A DNA stretch of 47,688 nt, from positions 1 through 47,688 of the IMG/VR virus record IMGVR_UViG_3300032295_000293; one strand, written 5' to 3'. This document shows, piece by piece, positions 18,620-28,441 of the stretch (position 1 is the stretch's first letter; the number at the start of each line of letters is the position of its first letter). The notes beneath the pieces were generated by a model. That model did not search any database. It was not told the origin of the DNA and saw nothing but the letters and a program-made list of their open reading frames with translations. Origin of the DNA: a virus. Lineage: Duplodnaviria; Caudoviricetes. A program made the position numbers and the translations under genes.

Positions 18620-19546
18620 ATGTCATACTACGGTGACAATGTTCAAGGAACTGGCACTCTTGCCAGTTCCGTTCTTAGAGATTTCACTCACGCTTCTAAA
18701 ATTTTTAGACCGGCGGGTTATGCTCTTGCTCCAAAATTTAAGTTCTTATTTCATACGTTCTTTGATATCAACCCCGGAGTATATGATAGAAACATACTGA
18801 CTGGTGATAATTTTGGATTGTTGGTAAAAACTGTAAAGTTACCATCGTTCAACATAAAGACACACGAACTTAATCAATATAACAGAAAAAGAATAGTACA
18901 GACTAAGATCAACTATGATCCTATAAACATTACATTTCATGATGATGGTATTAACACTATCACTAAGTTATGGGATGCTTATTACTCTTACTATTACAAA
19001 GACAGCACTAATCTAAGAGTATTCAAAGGTGATACTGGTACTGAAGTAGCGCCTAGTCAACCAGGCGCTGGTGCAAGCAATCAAAATTATAATGTACGTA
19101 ACATTTATGATAGAAACTTAACTGGTAATAACAATTGGGGTTATATAGGTGAAACCTTTGCTAATTCAGAACAACAAGTTAAGCAACCGTTCTTCAGAAA
19201 TATTACAGTATTTGGTTTCAATCGTCATAACTTTACTGCCTACACTCTTATCAATCCAATGATTACTAAGTTTGACCATGACACATATTCATATGCAGAC
19301 GGTGGTGGTACAATGGAATGTAAGATGGACATTGCATACGAAACAGTAGTCTACAACGAAGGTGGTATGGATGGTAGAACACCTGACAATATTGTGCCAG
19401 GCTTTGGTATGGATGCTTATTACGATAAACGACCAAGTCCAATAACACCGACCGGTGAAGGTAGATCAGATCCTCGATCACTAGTACCGGGACCTGGCGT
19501 ATACGAAGATGCAAGAGGCGGATTCATTAGGTCATTAAAGGGATAA
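18620..19546 (+). CDS. Tail tube-family protein (second gp19-like/baseplate-tube junction)
   Basis: VKTVKLPSFNI..NQYNRKRIVQTKINYDPINITFHDD..YTLINPMITKFDHDTYSY..MDIAYE follows the tube-fold pattern. Confidence 0.65.
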   Translation: MSYYGDNVQGTGTLASSVLRDFTHASKIFRPAGYALAPKFKFLFHTFFDINPGVYDRNILTGDNFGLLVKTVKLPSFNIKTHELNQYNRKRIVQTKINYDPINITFHDDGINTITKLWDAYYSYYYKDSTNLRVFKGDTGTEVAPSQPGAGASNQNYNVRNIYDRNLTGNNNWGYIGETFANSEQQVKQPFFRNITVFGFNRHNFTAYTLINPMITKFDHDTYSYADGGGTMECKMDIAYETVVYNEGGMDGRTPDNIVPGFGMDAYYDKRPSPITPTGEGRSDPRSLVPGPGVYEDARGGFIRSLKG

Positions 19547-19548
19547 TC

Positions 19549-19818
19549 ATGGGAGCAATTGCATCAAATAATAATGCTAACGTAGCATACAATTATCAAA
19601 AAGTTCCTGGATTAACAACATCTAACAGATTGCAGTCTCAGGCAGGACTAGCAATTTCATTGCGTGATAATCCAAATCTAAATAGAAATGTAGCCTTTTT
19701 GTTTCCAACAAACATGTCTACACCCAACTATGGAGCAGGATCACCTACTCTACTTGCAAGAAGTTCAATACAAACATCAGGTGATGTGACGTATGCAGGT
19801 AGGCAGACAAACCTGTAA
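19549..19818 (+). CDS. Hypothetical protein
   Basis: Fills the operon gap; AGGG upstream. Confidence 0.55.
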   Translation: MGAIASNNNANVAYNYQKVPGLTTSNRLQSQAGLAISLRDNPNLNRNVAFLFPTNMSTPNYGAGSPTLLARSSIQTSGDVTYAGRQTNL

Positions 19819-19822
19819 TACT

Positions 19823-20185
19823 ATGCCTAGAATTATAGATGACAGAACAGAATTAGATAGAACAGTTAGAGTGTTTGATGCATTCTATCAAACAGATTTA
19901 AAACTCAATGCTAGTGAGTATGATATCGTTCATGGATACTTCACAAGCGTTTGTGAATCTAAGAACATAGCAGACAATTTCACGACTGTTCTTTTTAGAA
20001 TCTCTACACAAACCGGTGTACCTGTACAACAATTATTAGACGAATTGAAGGGCAACGCCAACGCACTTACAATGAACAAACAAATATGTTATTGGCTTAA
20101 TAGTCTAAAGTCAAAAACATCACTATATGGTGTCAGTGTTATACCACAACCAGTAGTTCCCGTAGCTAGAAATGTAGTACTGTGA
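19823..20185 (+). CDS. Hypothetical protein (virion module)
   Basis: Start moved to ATG 19823 (MPRIIDD) to avoid overlap; tight operon packing. Confidence 0.65.
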   Translation: MPRIIDDRTELDRTVRVFDAFYQTDLKLNASEYDIVHGYFTSVCESKNIADNFTTVLFRISTQTGVPVQQLLDELKGNANALTMNKQICYWLNSLKSKTSLYGVSVIPQPVVPVARNVVL

Positions 20186-20186
20186 T

Positions 20187-20621
20187 ATGGCAAAATGGGC
20201 ACAAGGCATCTTCACTCCCAAAAATTCTCAAAAATATATAGGGAACCATAAGCCCAAATATAGATCGGGCTGGGAACTAACCTTTATGACATTCTGTGAC
20301 ACTAACAGAAATGTACTGTACTGGGCAAGCGAAGCACTACGCATACCTTATAAACATCCAGTTACTGGTAAACCTACTATATACGTACCTGACTTCTTTG
20401 TCGTTTATGAAAACAAGCATGGACAAAAGATAGCCGAGGTTGTAGAAATAAAACCTAAGAAACAAAGTATCATTGAAAGTAAAGTAGCAAATACTAGAGA
20501 TAGAATAGTAGTTGCAATCAATCATGCCAAGTGGGCATCAGCTATGGCATATTGCAAGAGCCAAGGCTACACCTTTCGGGTCATAACTGAGGATGATTTA
20601 TTTTACAATGGTAGAAAATAA
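20187..20621 (+). CDS. Head completion nuclease (T4 gp4-like, TnsA-N/PD-(D/E)xK fold)
   Basis: PKNSQKYIG, YRSGWELTFMTFCD, WASE, YVPDFFV, VEIKPKKQ, NHAKW, FRVITEDDL. Confidence 0.9.
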   Translation: MAKWAQGIFTPKNSQKYIGNHKPKYRSGWELTFMTFCDTNRNVLYWASEALRIPYKHPVTGKPTIYVPDFFVVYENKHGQKIAEVVEIKPKKQSIIESKVANTRDRIVVAINHAKWASAMAYCKSQGYTFRVITEDDLFYNGRK

Positions 20622-20654
20622 TGAAACCTGCTTATACCTTTTTCGACAAGAATC

Positions 20655-21842
20655 ATGATTAAAAACATATATGTTAACAAACGATTTTGTGATCCTGCTG
20701 TTCTCCTGCGTTATCCATTGATATTAAGATATAATGAGAATGATATATTAGTTATAGAAGAAAACCCAATCATAGACCATTCAGTATACATTCTTGAACG
20801 ATTTTGTTTAGAAAATATACATGAATTCGTAACAAAAAATCAGTTACTTACTTTTGCTAAACTATCAGACGGACAGTTATTGTTCATGGAAGACTTTACG
20901 TTGCCCATCGAATCTACAGTAAAACATGTACATGATTTAGTAAATATTTATGGATTCAATACAAATTCGTTATGGTTCAATATAGCTTGGAGTCATCAAA
21001 AAATAGAATTTGAGAATCAACTTGCGGCTGCAGGAATACACGGTGTGAATGTAAGAGTCAGCAATTGTTACCTCAAAGAAATATACAATCAGTACATAGA
21101 AAATCAATCATTTTTTGAAAATCTAGATTACACTATAGTAAAAAGATTTAGTATTTTTACTAGAAGGTATCATGATGATAGACTTTCACTTTTTCTTAAA
21201 CTGCTTGATGCCGATCTATTAAAACATTCTGAATATACCTTTACCAATTTTAGTCCTGAGATGAGAGCTTATCCTGATCCTTGGATAACCAAAGAAGAAC
21301 TAAAAAATTTACCCATAACAAAAGCATATTCACAAACAAATCACAACATAGATAGATGGATTGACGGATTACCTTACTGTTTAGATGTACATGATTTGAG
21401 AGAGTCTTTCCCTTTAGAAATATATGAAAGATATAGTAAGGCTGGTATAAATGTTGTAGTAGAAACTATTCCAACACATAGAAATGACATTCATGTTCAA
21501 GACATTATGATTACTGAAAAGACATGGAAAGCTATAGCTTCTCAAAAACCTTTTATGTTGTATGCACCGTCGGGTAGTTTAGAATTATTGAAAAAAGAAG
21601 GATTCAAGACATTTGATTCATTCATTGATGAGAGTTATGATGGTACAGATATGCGTATTAAGAAACAGGATATGATAGTATCTCAATTAAAAAAGTTCAG
21701 TAAACTTACAGATGCTGAATATATTAGAGAAATAGAAAATTTTAGTAGGATAACAAGTTTAAATCTGCGTAGATTCATAACTTTGGGGCGTCAATCTTCT
21801 GATTTTTCAATATACTATGATTTAGGATTGCTCCAAAAGTAA
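20655..21842 (+). CDS. Glycosyltransferase-like protein (GT10/GT-B-like C-terminal motif), paralogue 3
   Basis: KRFSIFTRRYHDDR, INVVVET, ITEKTWKAIASQKPF, GFKTFDSFIDESYD; visibly AT-richer than its neighbours. Confidence 0.55.
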   Translation: MIKNIYVNKRFCDPAVLLRYPLILRYNENDILVIEENPIIDHSVYILERFCLENIHEFVTKNQLLTFAKLSDGQLLFMEDFTLPIESTVKHVHDLVNIYGFNTNSLWFNIAWSHQKIEFENQLAAAGIHGVNVRVSNCYLKEIYNQYIENQSFFENLDYTIVKRFSIFTRRYHDDRLSLFLKLLDADLLKHSEYTFTNFSPEMRAYPDPWITKEELKNLPITKAYSQTNHNIDRWIDGLPYCLDVHDLRESFPLEIYERYSKAGINVVVETIPTHRNDIHVQDIMITEKTWKAIASQKPFMLYAPSGSLELLKKEGFKTFDSFIDESYDGTDMRIKKQDMIVSQLKKFSKLTDAEYIREIENFSRITSLNLRRFITLGRQSSDFSIYYDLGLLQK

Positions 21843-21876
21843 TAGCGGTAACCCTTTACTAATAAATACTGTTATT

Positions 21877-22359
21877 ATGACAAAAAAATTAGAAGAACTG
21901 TTCGAACTACCTCAGCATGAAATAGAGAAGTTGAGCAAGCCTATACCTGACGGTGCTCAGGAAATTACTCAGGATGCACTGACTAACTTGGAAAAAATTG
22001 AAAATGCATTACCTCAAGTAAGAGGGCTTGAATCAAGTGACACTGAGTTAGACGAACTAGCAGACATGGCCAAGAGCAGTTACAAGGATCTAATGGATTT
22101 GGGTATGCAGGTAGATAGCAGATTCAGTGCAGAAATCTTTAACACTGCCGGCACTATGCTAAATCACGCCATCACAGCCAAGACAGCTAAAATGACTAAG
22201 AAGCTGAAAATGATTGAATTACAGCTTAAAAAAGCACAGTTAGACCATAAAATGTCTGAAAAAACAGAAGAATTAGAAGCTACGCCGTTGGGTGAAGGTC
22301 AGTCACTAGACAGAAACGAACTGCTAAAAATTCTCTCAGCCAAAAAAGATCAACAATGA
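21877..22359 (+). CDS. Helical protein, possible terminase small subunit (gp16-like)
   Basis: AATAAATA 8 nt upstream. SRFSAEIFNTAGTML..KKLKMIELQLKK..RNELLKIL loosely resembles gp16; function uncertain. Confidence 0.4.
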   Translation: MTKKLEELFELPQHEIEKLSKPIPDGAQEITQDALTNLEKIENALPQVRGLESSDTELDELADMAKSSYKDLMDLGMQVDSRFSAEIFNTAGTMLNHAITAKTAKMTKKLKMIELQLKKAQLDHKMSEKTEELEATPLGEGQSLDRNELLKILSAKKDQQ

Positions 22360-22384
22360 TAAATAATAGATACAGGAATAAGCA

Positions 22385-23008
22385 ATGAGAAGCCTAAAAC
22401 AATATATCACCGAAAGCGTAAAGCTTTACGATTATACAATTAAAATTGCTGGTGATGTTGACAAGAACTTTTTAGATATGTTCGCATATAATCTAAAAGA
22501 AAAGTTCGATGCTGTTGACATAAGCAAACCAGTAAGCACACCTATTCAGAAAGATCCATATGGATTCCCTGAATTACGTAACCAGTCTGTTACTATTATC
22601 AAAGCTAACTTTAGATATCCAGCAACAGAACCAATGATTCAGCAAATTGCTCAATTATTAGGTTACAACGTTAACATGGTTCGTGCTATTCAGACTAACT
22701 TTAATGATAGTATCAACAGTGAAGCAGAGGCATATGAAAATGAAGAAAGTCATAGTCCTCTACTAAATCACACTGAACTAGAAGAAATGCCTGGAGCTAA
22801 AGAAGCTAACAAGGCATATGGTGACTCGTATCTGTCAAGTGTCAAAGATCAGATGAAGGGCAACCAGATTCAAATGAGTTATGCAACTAAGGAAACTCCT
22901 GATGCGTTTGATCCATTCAAAGTTATTCCACAAGATCCAAGCGGCGGTAACAGTCCAATGAGCAAAATTACTCGCCCCGCAAAGCCACAAACTGGCGCCC
23001 GTAAATAA
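22385..23008 (+). CDS. Putative internal head protein
   Basis: GATAAATA (22358-22365) and AGGA SD; N-terminus MRSLKQYITE resembles the T4 capsid-targeting sequence MKTYQEFIAE. Confidence 0.5.
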   Translation: MRSLKQYITESVKLYDYTIKIAGDVDKNFLDMFAYNLKEKFDAVDISKPVSTPIQKDPYGFPELRNQSVTIIKANFRYPATEPMIQQIAQLLGYNVNMVRAIQTNFNDSINSEAEAYENEESHSPLLNHTELEEMPGAKEANKAYGDSYLSSVKDQMKGNQIQMSYATKETPDAFDPFKVIPQDPSGGNSPMSKITRPAKPQTGARK

Positions 23009-23025
23009 TTCAAAGGAATAGTAAA

Positions 23026-25227
23026 ATGAACATGTTAGACTTAATGAACAAAATTACTCAGCTAAGTGAAGCTGTTAAAGATACCGGTAAAGGCAGAATT
23101 CATACTGCTGAACCCGGCGGCTATGGTCGTAAAGATGATGAAGATGATGAGGGCAAAAAAGTTAAGGCTGATGCTCCTAAAAAGGGTCGTGGTCGTCCTA
23201 AGAAAGATGCCGACGATTCAGGCGAAGTTAAAAAATATGACAATGCTAAGAATCTACAAGACTTTATGGTTGGTAACAAACCAAAAGGTAAAGAATTAGA
23301 TAAGTTACCTAAGAAGAAGCACACTCTTAAAGACTGGGTAGAGCAAGTTGAAGCAAAGTATGTTGCTGAGAATGCTCCTGGTCAACAACTAACAGTTAAG
23401 CCTATGCCAGGTGCCGCGCAATTAGTTGATCCTGCAAGCAACAAAGTTATGGCTACAGGTGACGCTGCCTCTGTGAAGAATATTCAAGGTGCTGTTGCAC
23501 AAGGTAAAATTCAAATGCGTGGTGACTCTGAGATGTCCGAAGACGGTAGTGATTATTCTGCTAAGAAAGCAGCCGCGGGTAAAGACATTGGTAAGCCAGG
23601 CAAGAACTTTGCTAAGATTGTTAAGAGTTCTGGTGGTGGTGAAAAAGGTAAGCGTATTGCAGGTGCAGTATTAGCTAAACTACGTGGCAAGATGAATGAA
23701 GCTGATATTCCTTCTGATGACAGTGATTTTGGAGCCGGCTTAGGAGCTGGTCGTAATCAAGGCGTATTAGAAGGTCGTGCTAAAGCAGACAACAAAGCTG
23801 AAAAAGCAGGCAAGAAAGTTACTAAAGATTTAGAATATGATATGAAGCACAAAGGTAAAGACGATGCAAAAGCTGAAAAGGCTGGCAAAAAGGTTACCAA
23901 AGACATTGAGTATGATGAGAAAAACAAAAAATCAGTAAAAGAGGCTGCAAAGCCAGACTATATCGATTTAGATAAAGACAGCGACAAAAAAGAAACTATG
24001 AAGAAAGCAGCCAGTGACAAGAAAAAGAAAGTTAAAGAAGGCATGGAACAAAGCTTACAAGCCGCAAGACTAACTGGTAAGTCACATGGATTAAAAGGCC
24101 ACAGTCACTGTGGTAAAAACTATGAAGACATGGAAGAAGCTCGTATGTACCATGAAGGCTATAAAGAAGGCCTAGATGAGTGCTATGGTCAAGGTGTTTA
24201 TGAACAAGCACCAGCAATGCCACCAGCAACACCAGGTGGTATGGCAAGTCAAGCGATGGAAGCTGACATGGATGAAGGTAATGCTTTCACAGCGGCATTA
24301 GCTCGTACACCAAAAGGTGGTAAGTTTTCAGTAGGTGGCAAGTCATTCACTGACAGAACAAGTTACGATTCTACATTTGAAAGTCTAGACAGTCAACTAA
24401 ATGCATTGTTAGAAGGCAAAGTAGATGAAGGTATGACTGTTTCTATTTCTAAAGGTCAACAAGGTGCACCTGATTCAGTTAGTGTAACTGCACAAGACGG
24501 TGAAGCAGATCAGTTGTTACAAGTTATTAAACAAGCTGGTTTAGGATTATTTGGTGGTGATGATCCGCAACAAGGTAACTCTAGACCAATGTCTCTTCAA
24601 CCAGCAAACGGTGATGCAGGCGAAATGGAAATCGATGTAGTAGATGACCATGATGGAATGATGGACTTGATTAAGAAAGTCACTGGTGGTCAGGATGCTC
24701 CGGCAAAACAAGGTTTTGGTAATGAGCAAGGTTCTTCTGATTATGAAGATGAAGAAGGTCATGACAATGAGCACAGTCATGAAGGCACATGTGAATCATG
24801 TGGTGGCATGATGGAAACCGGCCATTCATGTGATGAAGGTGAAGAAAAGGTTGATGAAGTAGAATCATACGATCAAGAAATAGAAATTGCTGCCGAAGCC
24901 AATGCTCCTGATAGCGATGAAGCAGAAACAACTGCTGATGAGAATGCAGAAGCGGCCGAAGACCAAGCATTGGCAACTGCTGACGAAGAAAACGTCAATG
25001 AATGGGCTAATGATGCTGGTGCAAAGGCAAAAGATTTTAATGATGAATCTTTCAAAACTGACATGGACTTTATGACTAGAGTTATTTCGGGTGGATTAAA
25101 TAAAGAAAAATCTACAGGTCAATCTACAATACCAGTTGTATCAACTCAAGTAAGTCGATTAGGAAATCCAATGCAAGAATCAATTAATTTATTGCATGAT
25201 TGGAAAAAACTAAGCGGAATTAAGTAA
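23026..25227 (+). CDS. Highly charged modular protein, putative prohead core/internal polyprotein
   Basis: Alternating basic and acidic low-complexity modules bounded by [LIVM]-x-E; internal duplication KAEKAGKKVTKD(L/I)EYD. Confidence 0.55.
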   Translation: MNMLDLMNKITQLSEAVKDTGKGRIHTAEPGGYGRKDDEDDEGKKVKADAPKKGRGRPKKDADDSGEVKKYDNAKNLQDFMVGNKPKGKELDKLPKKKHTLKDWVEQVEAKYVAENAPGQQLTVKPMPGAAQLVDPASNKVMATGDAASVKNIQGAVAQGKIQMRGDSEMSEDGSDYSAKKAAAGKDIGKPGKNFAKIVKSSGGGEKGKRIAGAVLAKLRGKMNEADIPSDDSDFGAGLGAGRNQGVLEGRAKADNKAEKAGKKVTKDLEYDMKHKGKDDAKAEKAGKKVTKDIEYDEKNKKSVKEAAKPDYIDLDKDSDKKETMKKAASDKKKKVKEGMEQSLQAARLTGKSHGLKGHSHCGKNYEDMEEARMYHEGYKEGLDECYGQGVYEQAPAMPPATPGGMASQAMEADMDEGNAFTAALARTPKGGKFSVGGKSFTDRTSYDSTFESLDSQLNALLEGKVDEGMTVSISKGQQGAPDSVSVTAQDGEADQLLQVIKQAGLGLFGGDDPQQGNSRPMSLQPANGDAGEMEIDVVDDHDGMMDLIKKVTGGQDAPAKQGFGNEQGSSDYEDEEGHDNEHSHEGTCESCGGMMETGHSCDEGEEKVDEVESYDQEIEIAAEANAPDSDEAETTADENAEAAEDQALATADEENVNEWANDAGAKAKDFNDESFKTDMDFMTRVISGGLNKEKSTGQSTIPVVSTQVSRLGNPMQESINLLHDWKKLSGIK

Positions 25228-25240
25228 TATTACGCTACAC

Positions 25241-25272
25241 AAAAATACCCGGCTTAGGTCGGGTATTTTTTT
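25241..25272 (+). terminator. Intrinsic terminator
   Basis: AAAAATACCCGGC-TTAG-GTCGGGTATTTTTTT. Confidence 0.85.
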
Positions 25273-25323
25273 GGATAGTGCCTTTATCCATAAACGATAA
25301 ATAATAGATAAGGTGATATAGAT

Positions 25324-27807
25324 ATGGCCCAACAGAATATCGATTTTGGTACGTTCCCCGATGATCCAGATGCGGATGCGATACGAACGGCGTTTCAAAA
25401 AGTACAACAGAATTTTTCAGAAATTTATAACGGTTTCGCCGGCGGTTCCGTCGTTTCCGTCAACAGAACTCCTGGCGCAGGTATTACAGTTAGTTCTCCG
25501 ACTGGTAACGTTATTATTACAGCAAACATTGCTTGCGTACAAGTACATACTAGTACACTAAGCATAGGTCGTGATGCAAACGGATTACAAGATACTTCAA
25601 TTACTTCAAGTTCACAAACATTGTGGATTGACTTACCTTCTACTATCGCTAACGTTACCAACATTAATATAACAGGCCAATTAGCAGCCTCAGGCGTGTC
25701 TGGATACACTGGTATATTAGGTAACTTAACTGTATCAGGTACGTCAAATGTAGGTGGAAACTTAAACGTAATTGGTGCATTTGATGTTGACGGTAATGCT
25801 GTATTTGCAAATGCTAATTTTAGTGGAAACACGGTATCTACTGGTAACTTGTTAAGTTCAGGTAATGCATCATTTACTGGTGCAAACGTATCATTAGGTG
25901 CAGTAGGTAATCTACGTATTACAGGTGGTAGTTCAGGACAAGTTTTAATCACAGATGGCGCCGGCGTGCTCTCATGGGGAAGTGCTACTTCAGGTTTCTC
26001 AGGCACAACAGGTGTAAGTGGTTTCTCAGGTACAACAGGTGTAAGTGGTTTCTCAGGTACAACAGGTGTAAGTGGATTTACTGGAACATCAGGTAGATCA
26101 GGCTTTAGTGGTACTAGCGGTTGGTCCGGAGCTAGTGGTACATCTGGATGGTCTGGTGTATCAGGTGTCAGTGGTTTCTCTGGAACTAGTGGCATATCTG
26201 GTACAACTGGTATCAGTGGATTTTCAGGTACAACTGGTATCAGTGGATTTTCAGGCACCAGTGGTATTTCAGGTACAACAGGTGTAAGTGGTTTTAGTGG
26301 TACATCAGGTACAACAGGTGTAAGTGGTTTTAGTGGTACATCAGGCACCACTGGTGTAAGTGGTTTTTCGGGGAGATCAGGCTTTAGTGGCACTAGCGGA
26401 TGGTCAGGAACGTCAGGTTGGTCTGGTACTACAGGTATTAGTGGATTCAGTGGTACATCAGGCACTACAGGTGTAAGTGGTTTTACTGGAACTAGCGGTA
26501 CGTCAGGAATTAGCGGTACGTCAGGTTTTACTGGTACTAGCGGTTGGTCAGGTGTAAGCGGGCAATCAGGTACATCTGGGTACAGTGGTACATCTGGATG
26601 GTCTGGTTTATCCGGAACAACTGGTGTAAGTGGATTCTCGGGCACTAGTGGTACATCGGGATATAGTGGTGCTAGCGGTCAATCAGTATTATTATCTGGC
26701 TCTGTTAATAACTCTACATTACTTCCTTCTGGTACTTCTGCAGGTACACTTTATTTAATTTTAACAACAGGCGGCGGATATGACGCAGGTGACGGTGCTT
26801 TATCAAATGGGGATAACACTTGGACTGACATTGGACCAATTCAAGGGCCCTCAGGTGTTAGTGGATTTACCGGTGTTAGTGGTAGATCAGGATTCAGTGG
26901 TACATCAGGTGAAAGTGGCACAACAGGTATAAGTGGCACAACAGGTATAAGTGGTTTCTCAGGTACAACCGGTGTTAGTGGTAGATCAGGATTCAGTGGC
27001 ACAACAGGTGTAAGTGGATTCTCTGGTACTTCAGGTACAACAGGTGTAAGTGGATTCTCTGGTACTTCAGGTACAACAGGTATCAGTGGTACTAGTGGTA
27101 CATCAGGTATCAGTGGAACAACAGGTTTAAGTGGCTTCAGTGGTACTAGTGGTACATCAGGTATCAGTGGAACAACAGGTGTCAGTGGATTCTCGGGTAC
27201 AACAGGTGTCAGTGGATTCTCGGGTACAACAGGTGTTAGCGGTTTTTCAGGCACAACAGGTGTTAGTGGTTTTTCGGGGAGATCAGGATTTACTGGTGTA
27301 AGTGGATTTACTGGAACTTCTGGATTTAGTGGAATACCTGGCCCAAGTAACACTATTAATGCAACAGCAGATTCAAGTACAACTTCATTGTTCCCTGTTA
27401 TGGTTGGTGCTACTGGTTCTAATCAGACTGCAAAAGGATCTTCAAGATTAGAATTTGATGCTAGTTTGGGTGCGTTGTCATCAACATATTTCGTTCAGTC
27501 CGTCGAAACAGGCATCTCGGCTGCCGGCACAGCACAAGCAAATGCTAAGGTATTAGGCAACACAATTAACGTAGTTACTACTATCATTAATGGTGCTAAT
27601 TCAGTGAGATTACCTAACGTTGATCCAGGTATGACTATTTTTATTACCAACGGTTCAGCAAACGTATTGAACGTATATCCTCCGGCAAATGCTGCCATTA
27701 ACTCGGCTGCGGCTAATGCAGTATACACGCAAAATCCCGGCGCAACATTATTCTACATAGCACCTACAGTAACACAATGGTATACAGTAGGCGCAACATA
27801 CGCATAA
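25324..27807 (+). CDS. Collagen-like (Gly-X-Ser/Thr) fibre protein
   Basis: Late promoter GATAAATA (25296-25303), AAGGTG SD; N-terminal anchor-like [33 protein letters not shown]; two Gly-X-Y blocks. Confidence 0.8.
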   Translation: MAQQNIDFGTFPDDPDADAIRTAFQKVQQNFSEIYNGFAGGSVVSVNRTPGAGITVSSPTGNVIITANIACVQVHTSTLSIGRDANGLQDTSITSSSQTLWIDLPSTIANVTNINITGQLAASGVSGYTGILGNLTVSGTSNVGGNLNVIGAFDVDGNAVFANANFSGNTVSTGNLLSSGNASFTGANVSLGAVGNLRITGGSSGQVLITDGAGVLSWGSATSGFSGTTGVSGFSGTTGVSGFSGTTGVSGFTGTSGRSGFSGTSGWSGASGTSGWSGVSGVSGFSGTSGISGTTGISGFSGTTGISGFSGTSGISGTTGVSGFSGTSGTTGVSGFSGTSGTTGVSGFSGRSGFSGTSGWSGTSGWSGTTGISGFSGTSGTTGVSGFTGTSGTSGISGTSGFTGTSGWSGVSGQSGTSGYSGTSGWSGLSGTTGVSGFSGTSGTSGYSGASGQSVLLSGSVNNSTLLPSGTSAGTLYLILTTGGGYDAGDGALSNGDNTWTDIGPIQGPSGVSGFTGVSGRSGFSGTSGESGTTGISGTTGISGFSGTTGVSGRSGFSGTTGVSGFSGTSGTTGVSGFSGTSGTTGISGTSGTSGISGTTGLSGFSGTSGTSGISGTTGVSGFSGTTGVSGFSGTTGVSGFSGTTGVSGFSGRSGFTGVSGFTGTSGFSGIPGPSNTINATADSSTTSLFPVMVGATGSNQTAKGSSRLEFDASLGALSSTYFVQSVETGISAAGTAQANAKVLGNTINVVTTIINGANSVRLPNVDPGMTIFITNGSANVLNVYPPANAAINSAAANAVYTQNPGATLFYIAPTVTQWYTVGATYA
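25993..26685 (+). repeat. Gly-X-Ser/Thr tandem repeat block 1 (about 77 triplets)
   Basis: 9-bp periodicity; near-exact 27-bp units (TCAGGTACAACAGGTGTAAGTGGTTTC) at 25999-26079 and 36-bp units near 26272-26343. Confidence 0.9.
26845..27348 (+). repeat. Gly-X-Ser/Thr tandem repeat block 2 (about 56 triplets)
   Basis: Same 9-bp periodicity resumes after a short non-repetitive spacer ending [10 protein letters not shown]. Confidence 0.9.
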
Positions 27808-27816
27808 AGGTAAAAT

Positions 27817-28440
27817 ATGGTAACTTTAGAATTATTACAAGGAATGTGTCCAAAGACAAAACGTACAGTATTAGAGGGCTACGTAGAGCCATTGAATACT
27901 GTAGCAGAATATTATGAGATGTTTCATAACCCTAAACGTGTTGCAGGCTTCTTAGCACAGATAGCACACGAATCAGGCGGTTTTAATGCTGTGGTTGAGA
28001 ACTTAAACTACAGTGCTAAAGGATTGATGGGAACATTTAAAAAATACTTCCCTAATGAAGAACTAGCAAAGCAATATGAACGTCAGCCGCAAAGAATTGC
28101 TAATCGTGTTTATGCTAATCGCATGAAGAATGGCGATGAGAATAGCGGTGATGGATTTAAATTCCGTGGTCGCGGGTTGATTCAATTGACTGGGCGTGAC
28201 AACTATACACGTTTTGCTGATGCATTAGACATGGACATTGAAAGTACAATCGCATATTTAGAAACTCCTAATGGTGCTGTCGCTAGTGCAGGTTGGTTCT
28301 GGGATAACAATAAACTAAATCAATTCTGTGACCGTGATGACTTCATTGGATTAACTAAACGTATCAACGGCGGTACGATTGGATTGGCAGACAGACAGCA
28401 TCACTATCATTTGGCATTAGAGCATTTAGGCGCACATTAA
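27817..28440 (+). CDS. Glycoside hydrolase family 19 endolysin (chitinase/lysozyme-like)
   Basis: FLAQIAHESGGF..ENLNYS..ANRVYANRM..DGFKFRGRGLIQLTGRDNY..SAGWFW..TKRINGG. Confidence 0.9.
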   Translation: MVTLELLQGMCPKTKRTVLEGYVEPLNTVAEYYEMFHNPKRVAGFLAQIAHESGGFNAVVENLNYSAKGLMGTFKKYFPNEELAKQYERQPQRIANRVYANRMKNGDENSGDGFKFRGRGLIQLTGRDNYTRFADALDMDIESTIAYLETPNGAVASAGWFWDNNKLNQFCDRDDFIGLTKRINGGTIGLADRQHHYHLALEHLGAH

Positions 28441-28441
28441 T

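Noticed and set aside
19540-19560. Frameshift or readthrough joining 18620..19546 with 19549..19818
   Set aside because: No clear slippery site or stimulatory structure; the second ORF has its own ATG and a purine-rich upstream stretch.
25279-25316. Another SD-sequestering hairpin before the collagen-like gene (CCTTTATC/GATAAGG)
   Set aside because: Needs a bulge, is AT-rich, competes with a local TTTATC/GATAAA stem and sits just after a strong terminator; too weak to count.
25993-27348. Possible CRISPR array or DGR repeats
   Set aside because: Repeats are in-frame coding units without spacers; no cas or reverse transcriptase gene and no adenine-specific repeat pair seen.
25425-27353. Long Pro-x-x minus-strand ORFs (406 and 170 aa)
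   Set aside because: Expected mirror of Gly-X-Ser/Thr codons; no promoter or SD seen.
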